DNA of 64,000 nt from Monocercomonoides exilis PA203 (Eukaryota; Protista; Preaxostyla). This document shows positions 11,500-23,670 of this stretch, piece by piece; positions within the stretch are counted from its first letter, which is position 1, and every line of letters starts with the position of its first letter. The translations under genes and the position numbers were made by a program. The DNA lies in the NCBI GenBank assembly GCA_001643675.2, contig LSRY02000045.1:434001-498000 (forward strand), in the 5' to 3' direction. The notes below the pieces were generated by a model that made no database searches, was not told the DNA's origin, and was given only the letters and a program-made list of their open reading frames with translations.

Positions 11500-13780
11500 G
11501 CCGAAAATGAGCACACGAAAACAATGACGGCGAAGAAGAAGATGATGAAAAAGAAGACGAAGATCTTATAGAAATCTTAAATGTCGGATACCTTCTGACA
11601 GAAGATATTCTCAGCATCACTGCCTCGTTCTCTGTTCCAATGGTTAACACTTCGATGACACAATGCAAAAGGCAAGGGTAAAATGACTCAAATTTATTTT
11701 GTCTGAAATCCACCCCAAGCTTCTTGTATAACGCCAAACAGCCTGATTTTCTCGTATATTTGGTTCAAAAGCCAATCAGTGAAAAGCAGTTCCATCTCTC
11801 CCCTCAGTCCATAAAAGCAATGTCTTTCCATTCCCACCCCAAGAAAGGCACCTTGTTCTGTCCCAACTGCTGCTAATCTCCTGTTTTAGTCATCGACTTC
11901 AATCTCTCCAACAAAATATTTTTGAAAATGTCACCCCATCTTTTAAAAACGCTTCCTTTTCAAAGAAATTGAGCATTCTTCCTTTTAGCCTTGGACATCT
12001 TCCAACCCCGTTAATATCCACTCCATCAATATTCATTTTTCGTCTTATTTCCATATGCCACATGTTGAGTCCAAAAAACGTTGCATAAGCATTATGAAAA
12101 AATATATTCAGGCTCTAATATATTTGTAAGGTAATTTTTGGCTCGCTTCCTCGCTGTTCCCGTCTGCAAATAATAAATTGTCCATTTTAAATAATTTGTC
12201 TGAATCACAACTTTGGAAAGGATACGGATGGAAATATCTTCACAATCAACAGAAAAACAAAAATACATACATCAAAATTTTCTCATTTCCATCGAAAATA
12301 TTGTTGCTCCACAGCATTCCAACAATCAATATGAACAATTTCATCTTCCATCGAATAAATATTCTTTCGTAATACCCGACCCTTTCATTGCATTTAATTC
12401 ACTTGGTCAACCTGTGCTTGCTTTAGCTTCGGAGTCTCACACCGTTGACAGTTTCTGAGCATTTGACATTGTTTGATCATGTTCCATAACGAATAAGAGT
12501 CACAAAAGAAAAAGAGCACAACTCGATGCATTGTGATTGAATGGACATATGAAGACAATGTGATTGTAAAAGGATAAATTTGTGGTATGGGGTGATGGAT
12601 TTGTTCAATTGAGAATAAGCAGGGTTTTGGAGGGAGAATGGAACGACAAAATGATATTTTTTGTTGGAAAGAGGTGTTTTTGCGAGATTTGAGAGGCAAA
12701 ATGGATGGGTGGGAGATGAATAGGGATGAGGTTGGGAGGGGTTATTTTTGAGATTTTTGTGAGTTGGAAGGTGTTTAGACCGTGTTTATTGTGGAGAAAT
12801 GGAACTTGTTGTGGAGGAGGTGGGATAAGAGGGAAGATAAGAAGGGTGGAAGATGGGTGGAGCGAATAGAATATATTTATTGGAGGTGAGGATTTGAGAT
12901 GGAGAGATATGGAGAAGAAATGGGGAGAAAATGTTTTTTTTTTCAAATGCAGGGAGAGAGAGGAGGGTTCATATGAGGCGGAGCAAGAGGGAGAATTTTT
13001 GCTGATGTATGTTTGATAAGAAAGAGAAGTGGGGTTGAAGAAAAAAAAGTGAAGAAAAATTTTCTTCATATTTTTATATAACTTATTCTGTGAACAATTT
13101 GGACGCGCCTCTCATTTTCGGGGCAAGGGATGGAGGTTGAGGTGGAGGAAGATAGGAAGAAGGAACATCAGTGCTGGCGCTTTGCATTGGGGGTGTGGAG
13201 ACAGATGTGCGACAGGGATGGAGCGAGGTGAAGGGCTGACCATGAGGGGGTGTTTTGCACCAAAGAGAGGCAAAATATTGGAGGCATTTATATTTTTGAT
13301 TGGGAAAAGGATATTTGGAGAAGGGGATGCAGGAAGTGAAGGAGAAGGGATTTTTCCATGGTTTATTAAGAAGTTGGGGAAAGTGGATTGTGGACAGAGT
13401 TGTTTGGTTTTTGTGGAGAGGGAGAATGGATAGATTGGGATGTGGGTGAGGTGGTGTGATATTATTGCTTTGAGGGGAAATGTGGAGAAGAAGAAGGCAA
13501 TGCAGAAAAAGGAGGTGAGACGTGTTTATTAGATGGAATATTCTTCTTTACCAGTTTTTTAAAAGATTGGAGCTGGTTGAGTTATTTGAGCGAAAGAATA
13601 ATGAGAAGTTGGACTTTGACTGAGTTTTTTTTAGGAAGCAGAAGGGAAGCGAAGACGAGACAGATGTGCTTTGTTGACAGAACGGAGCAATATTTGGAGG
13701 AGAAGAAAGAATAAAGTCAGTGAAGGGCGATCATTATAACGGTATGTATTTATATTTTTTTTGATTATAATTTTTTATAT
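11500..13780. repeat. ~2.3-kb inter-cassette module (degenerate coding-like sequence), 5 copies: ~11500-13780, 20640-22930, 31050-33200, 45050-47220, 55550-57750
   Basis: Shared broken ORF fragments (GCFAPKRGKILE.FIFLIGKR; LPPIHFASQISQKHLFPTK; GYGWKYLHNQQ) recur at all five positions; boundaries approximate. Confidence 0.75.
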
Positions 13781-14238
13781 ATTATTTTTGTTGAAATTAG
13801 AATATTTTTGCAGGTGTATTTTATGCCAATGAATGAACATGGAATATGGGGGAAAAGCATATTGGGCGCCTTTAAGAAATCTGGAGATAATAATTGGAGA
13901 GTGTTTGGTGGAATGGAAAGGAGCAAAAATTGAAGCGAATAGAGGAGGAGGCCTTTGATGGTTTTGGAAGACGTGTCGGGTGAATCATGTTAAAAGCAAA
14001 AAGAGAGAGCAGAGAAATTGATGAAATAACAAAAGAAGAAATTTGGCAAAAAATTGAGAAGAAGCAGACATTTATAAGAAATTAGACTGAAAAAGATGAT
14101 TTGATCGAAAACGAAAGAAGAAGGGAAATAAGAAGAATTTTAAGTGAATGTTTTGAGGAAACTTTGAAGAAGTTGTGGAAGAGATATGTGAATAGGAAAT
14201 ATGACTTGTGTTAAAAAGGAAGAAGATGATGAAGATTT

Positions 14239-15834
14239 TTGGTGAGTGGGTCGGATTTCTCATCTTTTTGCGTGTCTTCAGCCCCGTTTCTGGCACCTCC
14301 CTTGACACCCCTTGTGACACTCACGCAGCTGACCTTCTTCAACATCTCCACAAATCCACCGAAAACAAGACAATTGGGTGAAGGGCTGAGCCAAAGAGTG
14401 TTTCTGATGAGTGGGTGCACATTTTCATCGGTGTGGGATGTGTATGATGGGGGCATTGTCCCCTCGCTCAACAGCCCTTCATCGTCTTTGGCTGCCTCGA
14501 ACACCTCGTTTGTCGGATGCTATCGCTCTCAGAATGTTGCAGTCAGCGGGAGTGAGGGGAATCCATCGAAACAAGCGAGACAGCAAATAGCAGACAATGG
14601 GGCAAATTCGTTCACCTGGTGTGTGTGGAATGGGTCAAATACAACTGGAAATCAAGGCACAGTTACAGATAGTGCTTCGAATGGAGGGGCGATTTACATG
14701 TATAACCTGGGATCGGGAACGCTTTCAGTGAAATTTTGTTCGTTCAACGACTGCACTGCATATTATGATGGTGGAGGAATTATGTGTCGTTCGATCAGCT
14801 CAATCAATATTGAGAACAATTCGTTCAATACATGTACTGCCCAAAATTATGGTGGTGGAGGAATGTATGCTTATGATATTACTTCGTGTGTCAGGATCAG
14901 TGGGTGCGAATTCAAGAGTTGCAAAGCGAAAAATTATGGAGGAGGGCTTTATGTTAACAATTTTCAGGTTTCTGAAACTGCCTGTATTGGAACAGAAAGT
15001 GGAAAAGGTGAGAGCGCTTGTGTGTTTGAGTGCTCATTCACTTCGTGCTCACTTACAAGTCAATATGGCGGAGGGATGTATTGCCAAAGTGTTCCGGCTG
15101 CATTCAAAATGAGGAGCCTCCAATTTATTTCGTGCTCAGCAGTGTCATATGGAGGAGGAATGAGATTTGATCCATATCAATCAACAGCCCCAAGCAACAA
15201 TCATTATTTTTATTTCTTCTTCTTCCACGATTGCAGTTGCAACGCTTCCACTCCATATGGCCACGATGTGTTCTTTTATGATGGAAATAATCTTTTTTCA
15301 TCGAATAACCCGTTCTATGAATCGTACACAACGAATAGCGATAATAGAAGAGTGTGTTATGCTGACAGTAATTGGGTGTATCAGCACACACAAAAGAAGG
15401 ATTGGCTGAAGGAAGGGATGAAGGATCGGTATGTTGGGGTGAGTGGGGATGATGCGAGCAATCTGTGTGGGATGAGTGAGGCAGCACCTTGCAAGACCGT
15501 GGGGCATGCAGTGGGGTCGAGCATGGCGCAGCTGAGCTCGACAATCACAGTGCTGGGTGGGAGGCATGTGAGCGAAGGGGCGACGATCAGCGTTGGGGAA
15601 AAGAAGATAATGATAATTGAGAAAAATGAGAAAAAGAAGATGGAGATGCAAATGAAAGGCAAATATTTTCAGGTATTATTATTTTTGGGAAATTTTGCTG
15701 AGAAGAGAATAAAGAACAAATCAGCCAACATTTTTTCCTTCAACCCAAATAAGCAGTTCGATTTGCCAACGTCACTTCTTTTTAAAAAAAAAAACAAATG
15801 GAACTTTCTCAACTTAATATTTTGCATCGCATAA
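14239..15834 (+). pseudogene. Beta-helix family copy 2; lacks Gly linker and in-frame upstream ATG, 3'-truncated
   Basis: 531-codon frame opens at TTG right after in-frame TGA TGA; family core intact; leaves the family alignment after VGEKKI. Confidence 0.65.
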
Positions 15835-16733
15835 AAACACAGAGGATCTTCGTCGACTGCTCTTTTAAAAAAAAAAAAAAATATTGATTCATTTCATTTT
15901 TCCCCAGCATTATCGCCAAGAGAGAATAACAAAGAGAGGAGGAGGCAGAGAAAACACGTGACGAGCTTTGGCAGATGCCCTTCAATGGTCTGGACAACGA
16001 ACCTCGGCGTTTTGCCATCGCTGAATTGTCTGTTATCTGGGGGCAGCTGTTTAGCGTATCCCGCTCCTATTTATTTTATTTTTTTCACTTTATTGGTGTG
16101 CTGCTTGCTTCACATTCTGCTTTGTTCTGCAGAAACAGAAAAGTGAATCATTTGCTGATTTTTGTTTTTATTTAACTAGTTTTTATTAAAACGAATTTGA
16201 GATAACTTGCATTTATCTCATGTGTCAATCGACTTTTGGTAATACATTTTTATTTTCAACTATTTCTATATTTTTAAAATACATCAATACTTTAATTCTA
16301 AGTCGAAAATTTTTAATTCGAAATCGAAAAAGAAGCTTATAATTGCAAAAAATTTTTTAAGTTAGGATGAGTTATTTATCATTCCCCCCTTTTTAATCAG
16401 GACCTAAATTTTCTGATTCTCAAGAGTATTTTTGAAAAAAAAAAAATTAAATAATAGAAAACCTTCAAAATATTATTGTATACTATTCCTCAAAATATTT
16501 TTTATTTATTCATTTTTGAAGACAAATCCTGAGTTTTTTCTTTTTATTTTTTAAGATCAAAGATTTGCTCATATTTCACCGAGCTTTTTGTTTTGAGTGT
16601 TTTGAATGTTGTTATTGATATTAAATTTATCTTTTTTTCTGTATTTTTTGTTTATTTTTCATTGTTTAACACTTCGTTTTTTTATTGTTTTTTCCATTTC
16701 ACAGAATTTTTGTAAAATAAGAAGAAACTATTT

Positions 16734-17694
16734 GGGTCAACTTATTAATGGAACTTTTTGACTTATTGGCACTTTTTTTCGTTTTTGATCGCCAACTGTC
16801 AACAAACGTTGATTGGCTTTTTTCACTTTTATACAACGTTTTAACAAATTTTAAACAATTCAGTACTTGTTTGTTTTATTATTTTTGTTTGTTTCTCACT
16901 GAGATATCGCGTTTTTTTGTATTTTTAAAAGTCACTTTTCTCAGCAAACCAGGCAACTCACAAGAAATTGATGAGTTGTTTTGAATAGCATAAACTATAA
17001 TCTAACTATTTTGAAATTCTTTTTTTTCACATTTCATTTTTTTAACAACATGCAAGGACAAAACTGATTATTTCTTTGTAAATATGATGAAATGATAAAA
17101 ATAAAAATTTGATATGAAAAACTGACACTTTAATAATGAAATGATGAAAAAATAAAACATCGGTTTTTTATATTTGTATAGAAAAGCCAAATGGTACTAA
17201 CCTATGATGATCATTGATCATTTTTAGTTTACGCCATTTATCCGTTAAAGATAAATAGGAAAAATTAATGTTTTATTTTAACAACACTTCATTATTAAAG
17301 TGTTAGCGTTTCATATCAAATTTTTATTTTTATCATTTCATCATATTTACAAAGAAATAATCAGTTTTGTCCTTGCATGTTGTTAAAAAAATGAAATGTG
17401 AAAAAAAAGAATTTCAAAATAGTTAGATTATAGTTTATGCTATTCAAAACAACTCATCAATTTCTTGTGAGTTGCCTGGTTTGCTGAGAAAAGTGACTTT
17501 TAAAAATACAAAAAAACGCGATATCTCAGTGAGAAACAAACAAAAATAATAAAACAAACAAGTACTGAATTGTTTAAAATTTGTTAAAACGTTGTATAAA
17601 AGTGAAAAAAGCCAATCAACGTTTGTTGACAGTTGGCGATCAAAAACGAAAAAAAGTGCCAATAAGTCAAAAAGTTCCATTAATAAGTTGACCC
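16734..17694. mobile_element. Foldback element (GGGTCAAC...GTTGACCC) forming the apex of P1
   Basis: Colinear homology from its first base with the inserted element at 47234-48241, and near identity with 38238-39738. Confidence 0.75.
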
Positions 17695-18610
17695 AAATAG
17701 TTTCTTCTTATTTTACAAAAATTCTGTGAAATGGAAAAAACAATAAAAAAACGAAGTGTTAAACAATGAAAAATAAACAAAAAATACAGAAAAAAAGATA
17801 AATTTAATATCAATAACAACATTCAAAACACTCAAAACAAAAAGCTCGGTGAAATATGAGCAAATCTTTGATCTTAAAAAATAAAAAGAAAAAACTCAGG
17901 ATTTGTCTTCAAAAATGAATAAATAAAAAATATTTTGAGGAATAGTATACAATAATATTTTGAAGGTTTTCTATTATTTAATTTTTTTTTTTTCAAAAAT
18001 ACTCTTGAGAATCAGAAAATTTAGGTCCTGATTAAAAAGGGGGGAATGATAAATAACTCATCCTAACTTAAAAAATTTTTTGCAATTATAAGCTTCTTTT
18101 TCGATTTCGAATTAAAAATTTTCGACTTAGAATTAAAGTATTGATGTATTTTAAAAATATAGAAATAGTTGAAAATAAAAATGTATTACCAAAAGTCGAT
18201 TGACACATGAGATAAATGCAAGTTATCTCAAATTCGTTTTAATAAAAACTAGTTAAATAAAAACAAAAATCAGCAAATGATTCACTTTTCTGTTTCTGCA
18301 GAACAAAGCAGAATGTGAAGCAAGCAGCACACCAATAAAGTGAAAAAAATAAAATAAATAGGAGCGGGATACGCTAAACAGCTGCCCCCAGATAACAGAC
18401 AATTCAGCGATGGCAAAACGCCGAGGTTCGTTGTCCAGACCATTGAAGGGCATCTGCCAAAGCTCGTCACGTGTTTTCTCTGCCTCCTCCTCTCTTTGTT
18501 ATTCTCTCTTGGCGATAATGCTGGGGAAAAATGAAATGAATCAATATTTTTTTTTTTTTTTAAAAGAGCAGTCGACGAAGATCCTCTGTGTTTTTATGCG
18601 ATGCAAAATA

Positions 18611-20188
18611 TTAAGTTGAGAAAGTTCCATTTGTTTTTTTTTTAAAAAGAAGTGACGTTGGCAAATCGAACTGCTTATTTGGGTTGAAGGAAAAAATGTT
18701 GGCTGATTTGTTCTTTATTCTCTTCTCAGCAAAATTTCCCAAAAATAATAATACCTGAAAATATTTGCCTTTCATTTGCATCTCCATCTTCTTTTTCTCA
18801 TTTTTCTCAATTATCATTATCTTCTTTTCCCCAACGCTGATCGTCGCCCCTTCGCTCACATGCCTCCCACCCAGCACTGTGATTGTCGAGCTCAGCTGCG
18901 CCATGCTCGACCCCACTGCATGCCCCACGGTCTTGCAAGGTGCTGCCTCACTCATCCCACACAGATTGCTCGCATCATCCCCACTCACCCCAACATACCG
19001 ATCCTTCATCCCTTCCTTCAGCCAATCCTTCTTTTGTGTGTGCTGATACACCCAATTACTGTCAGCATAACACACTCTTCTATTATCGCTATTCGTTGTG
19101 TACGATTCATAGAACGGGTTATTCGATGAAAAAAGATTATTTCCATCATAAAAGAACACATCGTGGCCATATGGAGTGGAAGCGTTGCAACTGCAATCGT
19201 GGAAGAAGAAGAAATAAAAATAATGATTGTTGCTTGGGGCTGTTGATTGATATGGATCAAATCTCATTCCTCCTCCATATGACACTGCTGAGCACGAAAT
19301 AAATTGGAGGCTCCTCATTTTGAATGCAGCCGGAACACTTTGGCAATACATCCCTCCGCCATATTGACTTGTAAGTGAGCACGAAGTGAATGAGCACTCA
19401 AACACACAAGCGCTCTCACCTTTTCCACTTTCTGTTCCAATACAGGCAGTTTCAGAAACCTGAAAATTGTTAACATAAAGCCCTCCTCCATAATTTTTCG
19501 CTTTGCAACTCTTGAATTCGCACCCACTGATCCTGACACACGAAGTAATATCATAAGCATACATTCCTCCACCACCATAATTTTGGGCAGTACATGTATT
19601 GAACGAATTGTTCTCAATATTGATTGAGCTGATCGAACGACACATAATTCCTCCACCATCATAATATGCAGTGCAGTCGTTGAACGAACAAAATTTCACT
19701 GAAAGCGTTCCCGATCCCAGGTTATACATGTAAATCGCCCCTCCATTCGAAGCACTATCTGTAACTGTGCCTTGATTTCCAGTTGTATTTGACCCATTCC
19801 ACACACACCAGGTGAACGAATTTGCCCCATTGTCTGCTATTTGCTGTCTCGCTTGTTTCGATGGATTCCCCTCACTCCCGCTGACTGCAACATTCTGAGA
19901 GCGATAGCATCCGACAAACGAGGTGTTCGAGGCAGCCAAAGACGATGAAGGGCTGTTGAGCGAGGGGACAATGCCCCCATCATACACATCCCACACCGAT
20001 GAAAATGTGCACCCACTCATCAGAAACACTCTTTGGCTCAGCCCTTCACCCAATTGTCTTGTTTTCGGTGGATTTGTGGAGATGTTGAAGAAGGTCAGCT
20101 GCGTGAGTGTCACAAGGGGTGTCAAGGGAGGTGCCAGAAACGGGGCTGAAGACACGCAAAAAGATGAGAAATCCGACCCACTCACCAA
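18611..20188 (-). pseudogene. Beta-helix family copy 3 (mirror of copy 2)
   Basis: Translation identical to 14239-15834 until a poly-A length difference near the end. Confidence 0.65.
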
Positions 20189-23100
20189 AAATCTTCATCA
20201 TCTTCTTCCTTTTTAACACAAGTCATATTTCCTATTCACATATCTCTTCCACAACTTCTTCAAAGTTTCCTCAAAACATTCACTTAAAATTCTTCTTATT
20301 TCCCTTCTTCTTTCGTTTTCGATCAAATCATCTTTTTCAGTCTAATTTCTTATAAATGTCTGCTTCTTCTCAATTTTTTGCCAAATTTCTTCTTTTGTTA
20401 TTTCATCAATTTCTCTGCTCTCTCTTTTGCTTTTAACATGATTCACCCGACACGTCTTCCAAAACCATCAAAGGCCTCCTCCTCTATTCGCTTCAATTTT
20501 TGCTCCTTTCCATTCCACCAAACACTCTCCAATTATTATCTCCAGATTTCTTAAAGGCGCCCAATATGCTTTTCCCCCATATTCCATGTTCATTCATTGG
20601 CATAAAATACACCTGCAAAAATATTCTAATTTCAACAAAAATAATATATAAAAAATTATAATCAAAAAAAATATAAATACATACCGTTATAATGATCGCC
20701 CTTCACTGACTTTATTCTTTCTTCTCCTCCAAATATTGCTCCGTTCTGTCAACAAAGCACATCTGTCTCGTCTTCGCTTCCCTTCTGCTTCCTAAAAAAA
20801 ACTCAGTCAAAGTCCAACTTCTCATTATTCTTTCGCTCAAATAACTCAACCAGCTCCAATCTTTTAAAAAACTGGTAAAGAAGAATATTCCATCTAATAA
20901 ACACGTCTCACCTCCTTTTTCTGCATTGCCTTCTTCTTCTCCACATTTCCCCTCAAAGCAATAATATCACACCACCTCACCCACATCCCAATCTATCCAT
21001 TCTCCCTCTCCACAAAAACCAAACAACTCTGTCCACAATCCACTTTCCCCAACTTCTTAATAAACCATGGAAAAATCCCTTCTCCTTCACTTCCTGCATC
21101 CCCTTCTCCAAATATCCTTTTCCCAATCAAAAATATAAATGCCTCCAATATTTTGCCTCTCTTTGGTGCAAAACACCCCCTCATGGTCAGCCCTTCACCT
21201 CGCTCCATCCCTGTCGCACATCTGTCTCCACACCCCCAATGCAAAGCGCCAGCACTGATGTTCCTTCTTCCTATCTTCCTCCACCTCAACCTCCATCCCT
21301 TGCCCCGAAAATGAGAGGCGCGTCCAAATTGTTCACAGAATAAGTTATATAAAAATATGAAGAAAATTTTTCTTCACTTTTTTTTCTTCAACCCCACTTC
21401 TCTTTCTTATCAAACATACATCAGCAAAAATTCTCCCTCTTGCTCCGCCTCATATGAACCCTCCTCTCTCTCCCTGCATTTGAAAAAAAAAACATTTTCT
21501 CCCCATTTCTTCTCCATATCTCTCCATCTCAAATCCTCACCTCCAATAAATATATTCTATTCGCTCCACCCATCTTCCACCCTTCTTATCTTCCCTCTTA
21601 TCCCACCTCCTCCACAACAAGTTCCATTTCTCCACAATAAACACGGTCTAAACACCTTCCAACTCACAAAAATCTCAAAAATAACCCCTCCCAACCTCAT
21701 CCCTATTCATCTCCCACCCATCCATTTTGCCTCTCAAATCTCGCAAAAACACCTCTTTCCAACAAAAAATATCATTTTGTCGTTCCATTCTCCCTCCAAA
21801 ACCCTGCTTATTCTCAATTGAACAAATCCATCACCCCATACCACAAATTTATCCTTTTACAATCACATTGTCTTCATATGTCCATTCAATCACAATGCAT
21901 CGAGTTGTGCTCTTTTTCTTTTGTGACTCTTATTCGTTATGGAACATGATCAAACAATGTCAAATGCTCAGAAACTGTCAACGGTGTGAGACTCCGAAGC
22001 TAAAGCAAGCACAGGTTGACCAAGTGAATTAAATGCAATGAAAGGGTCGGGTATTACGAAAGAATATTTATTCGATGGAAGATGAAATTGTTCATATTGA
22101 TTGTTGGAATGCTGTGGAGCAACAATATTTTCGATGGAAATGAGAAAATTTTGATGTATGTATTTTTTGTTTTTCTGTTGATTGTGAAGATATTTCCATC
22201 CGTATCCTTTCCAAAGTTGTGATTCAGACAAATTATTTAAAATGGACAATTTATTATTTGCAGACGGGAACAGCGAGGAAGCGAGCCAAAAATTACCTTA
22301 CAAATATATTAGAGCCTGAATATATTTTTTCATAATGCTTATGCAACGTTTTTTGGACTCAACATGTGGCATATGGAAATAAGACGAAAAATGAATATTG
22401 ATGGAGTGGATATTAACGGGGTTGGAAGATGTCCAAGGCTAAAAGGAAGAATGCTCAATTTCTTTGAAAAGGAAGCGTTTTTAAAAGATGGGGTGACATT
22501 TTCAAAAATATTTTGTTGGAGAGATTGAAGTCGATGACTAAAACAGGAGATTAGCAGCAGTTGGGACAGAACAAGGTGCCTTTCTTGGGGTGGGAATGGA
22601 AAGACATTGCTTTTATGGACTGAGGGGAGAGATGGAACTGCTTTTCACTGATTGGCTTTTGAACCAAATATACGAGAAAATCAGGCTGTTTGGCGTTATA
22701 CAAGAAGCTTGGGGTGGATTTCAGACAAAATAAATTTGAGTCATTTTACCCTTGCCTTTTGCATTGTGTCATCGAAGTGTTAACCATTGGAACAGAGAAC
22801 GAGGCAGTGATGCTGAGAATATCTTCTGTCAGAAGGTATCCGACATTTAAGATTTCTATAAGATCTTCGTCTTCTTTTTCATCATCTTCTTCTTCGCCGT
22901 CATTGTTTTCGTGTGCTCATTTTCGGCAATTGAAATTATATGACAATTTTATCCCTTCTTGGTCATTATCTTCTTCTTCATTAAAATTATGTTGAAGCAT
23001 TTTTATTATTAGAGTTATTCCAGTGGAAGCAGAACAGGAGATTGGAAATGAGCAAGTAGTTGGAAGCAGAACAGAATCACTTTCGTTGGTAATGAAATTG

Positions 23101-23670
23101 GCAGCGGAGTCAGTAAAGGTGAGTTTTGTGCAGAAAAGAACAATATTTTGAGAAGCACTCGAAGAAGAAGAAAGTGTGTGAAGGTTGGCTAAAACTATAT
23201 TTTAGAGTATGTTTTGTATTTTTTCCCACAACTTTTTATGTATATACATATATATTATGAAATTAGGATTTTTGAACGAGTGATCAATGGCAATGAATGA
23301 AAATGGAAAAAAAAGCATATTGGGTGCCTTTAAGAAGTCAGGAAATAATAAATGAAGGGGCGCATATGGAAATGAGCAGGTGCAAAATATAAATGAAATG
23401 AATGGAAAAGAAGATAAAAAATTTTTGAAGGTTTTGGAAGACATATAGGACGAATCTTGTTCAAAGCAAAAAGAGGGAAATAGAAAATGATGATAAGGCC
23501 GAAGAAGAAATTTGGCAAATGATTGAGAAGAAAAAGATATTTTTTTTTGGAAATTCGATTGAAAAAGAAAACTTATGAAAATCTGATGGAGGCGAAGAAA
23601 GAAGGGAGCGGGAAAATCAGAGATATGATTTTTTAGAGATATTTGAAGAAAAGTTGGAAAAAGGAAGAAG

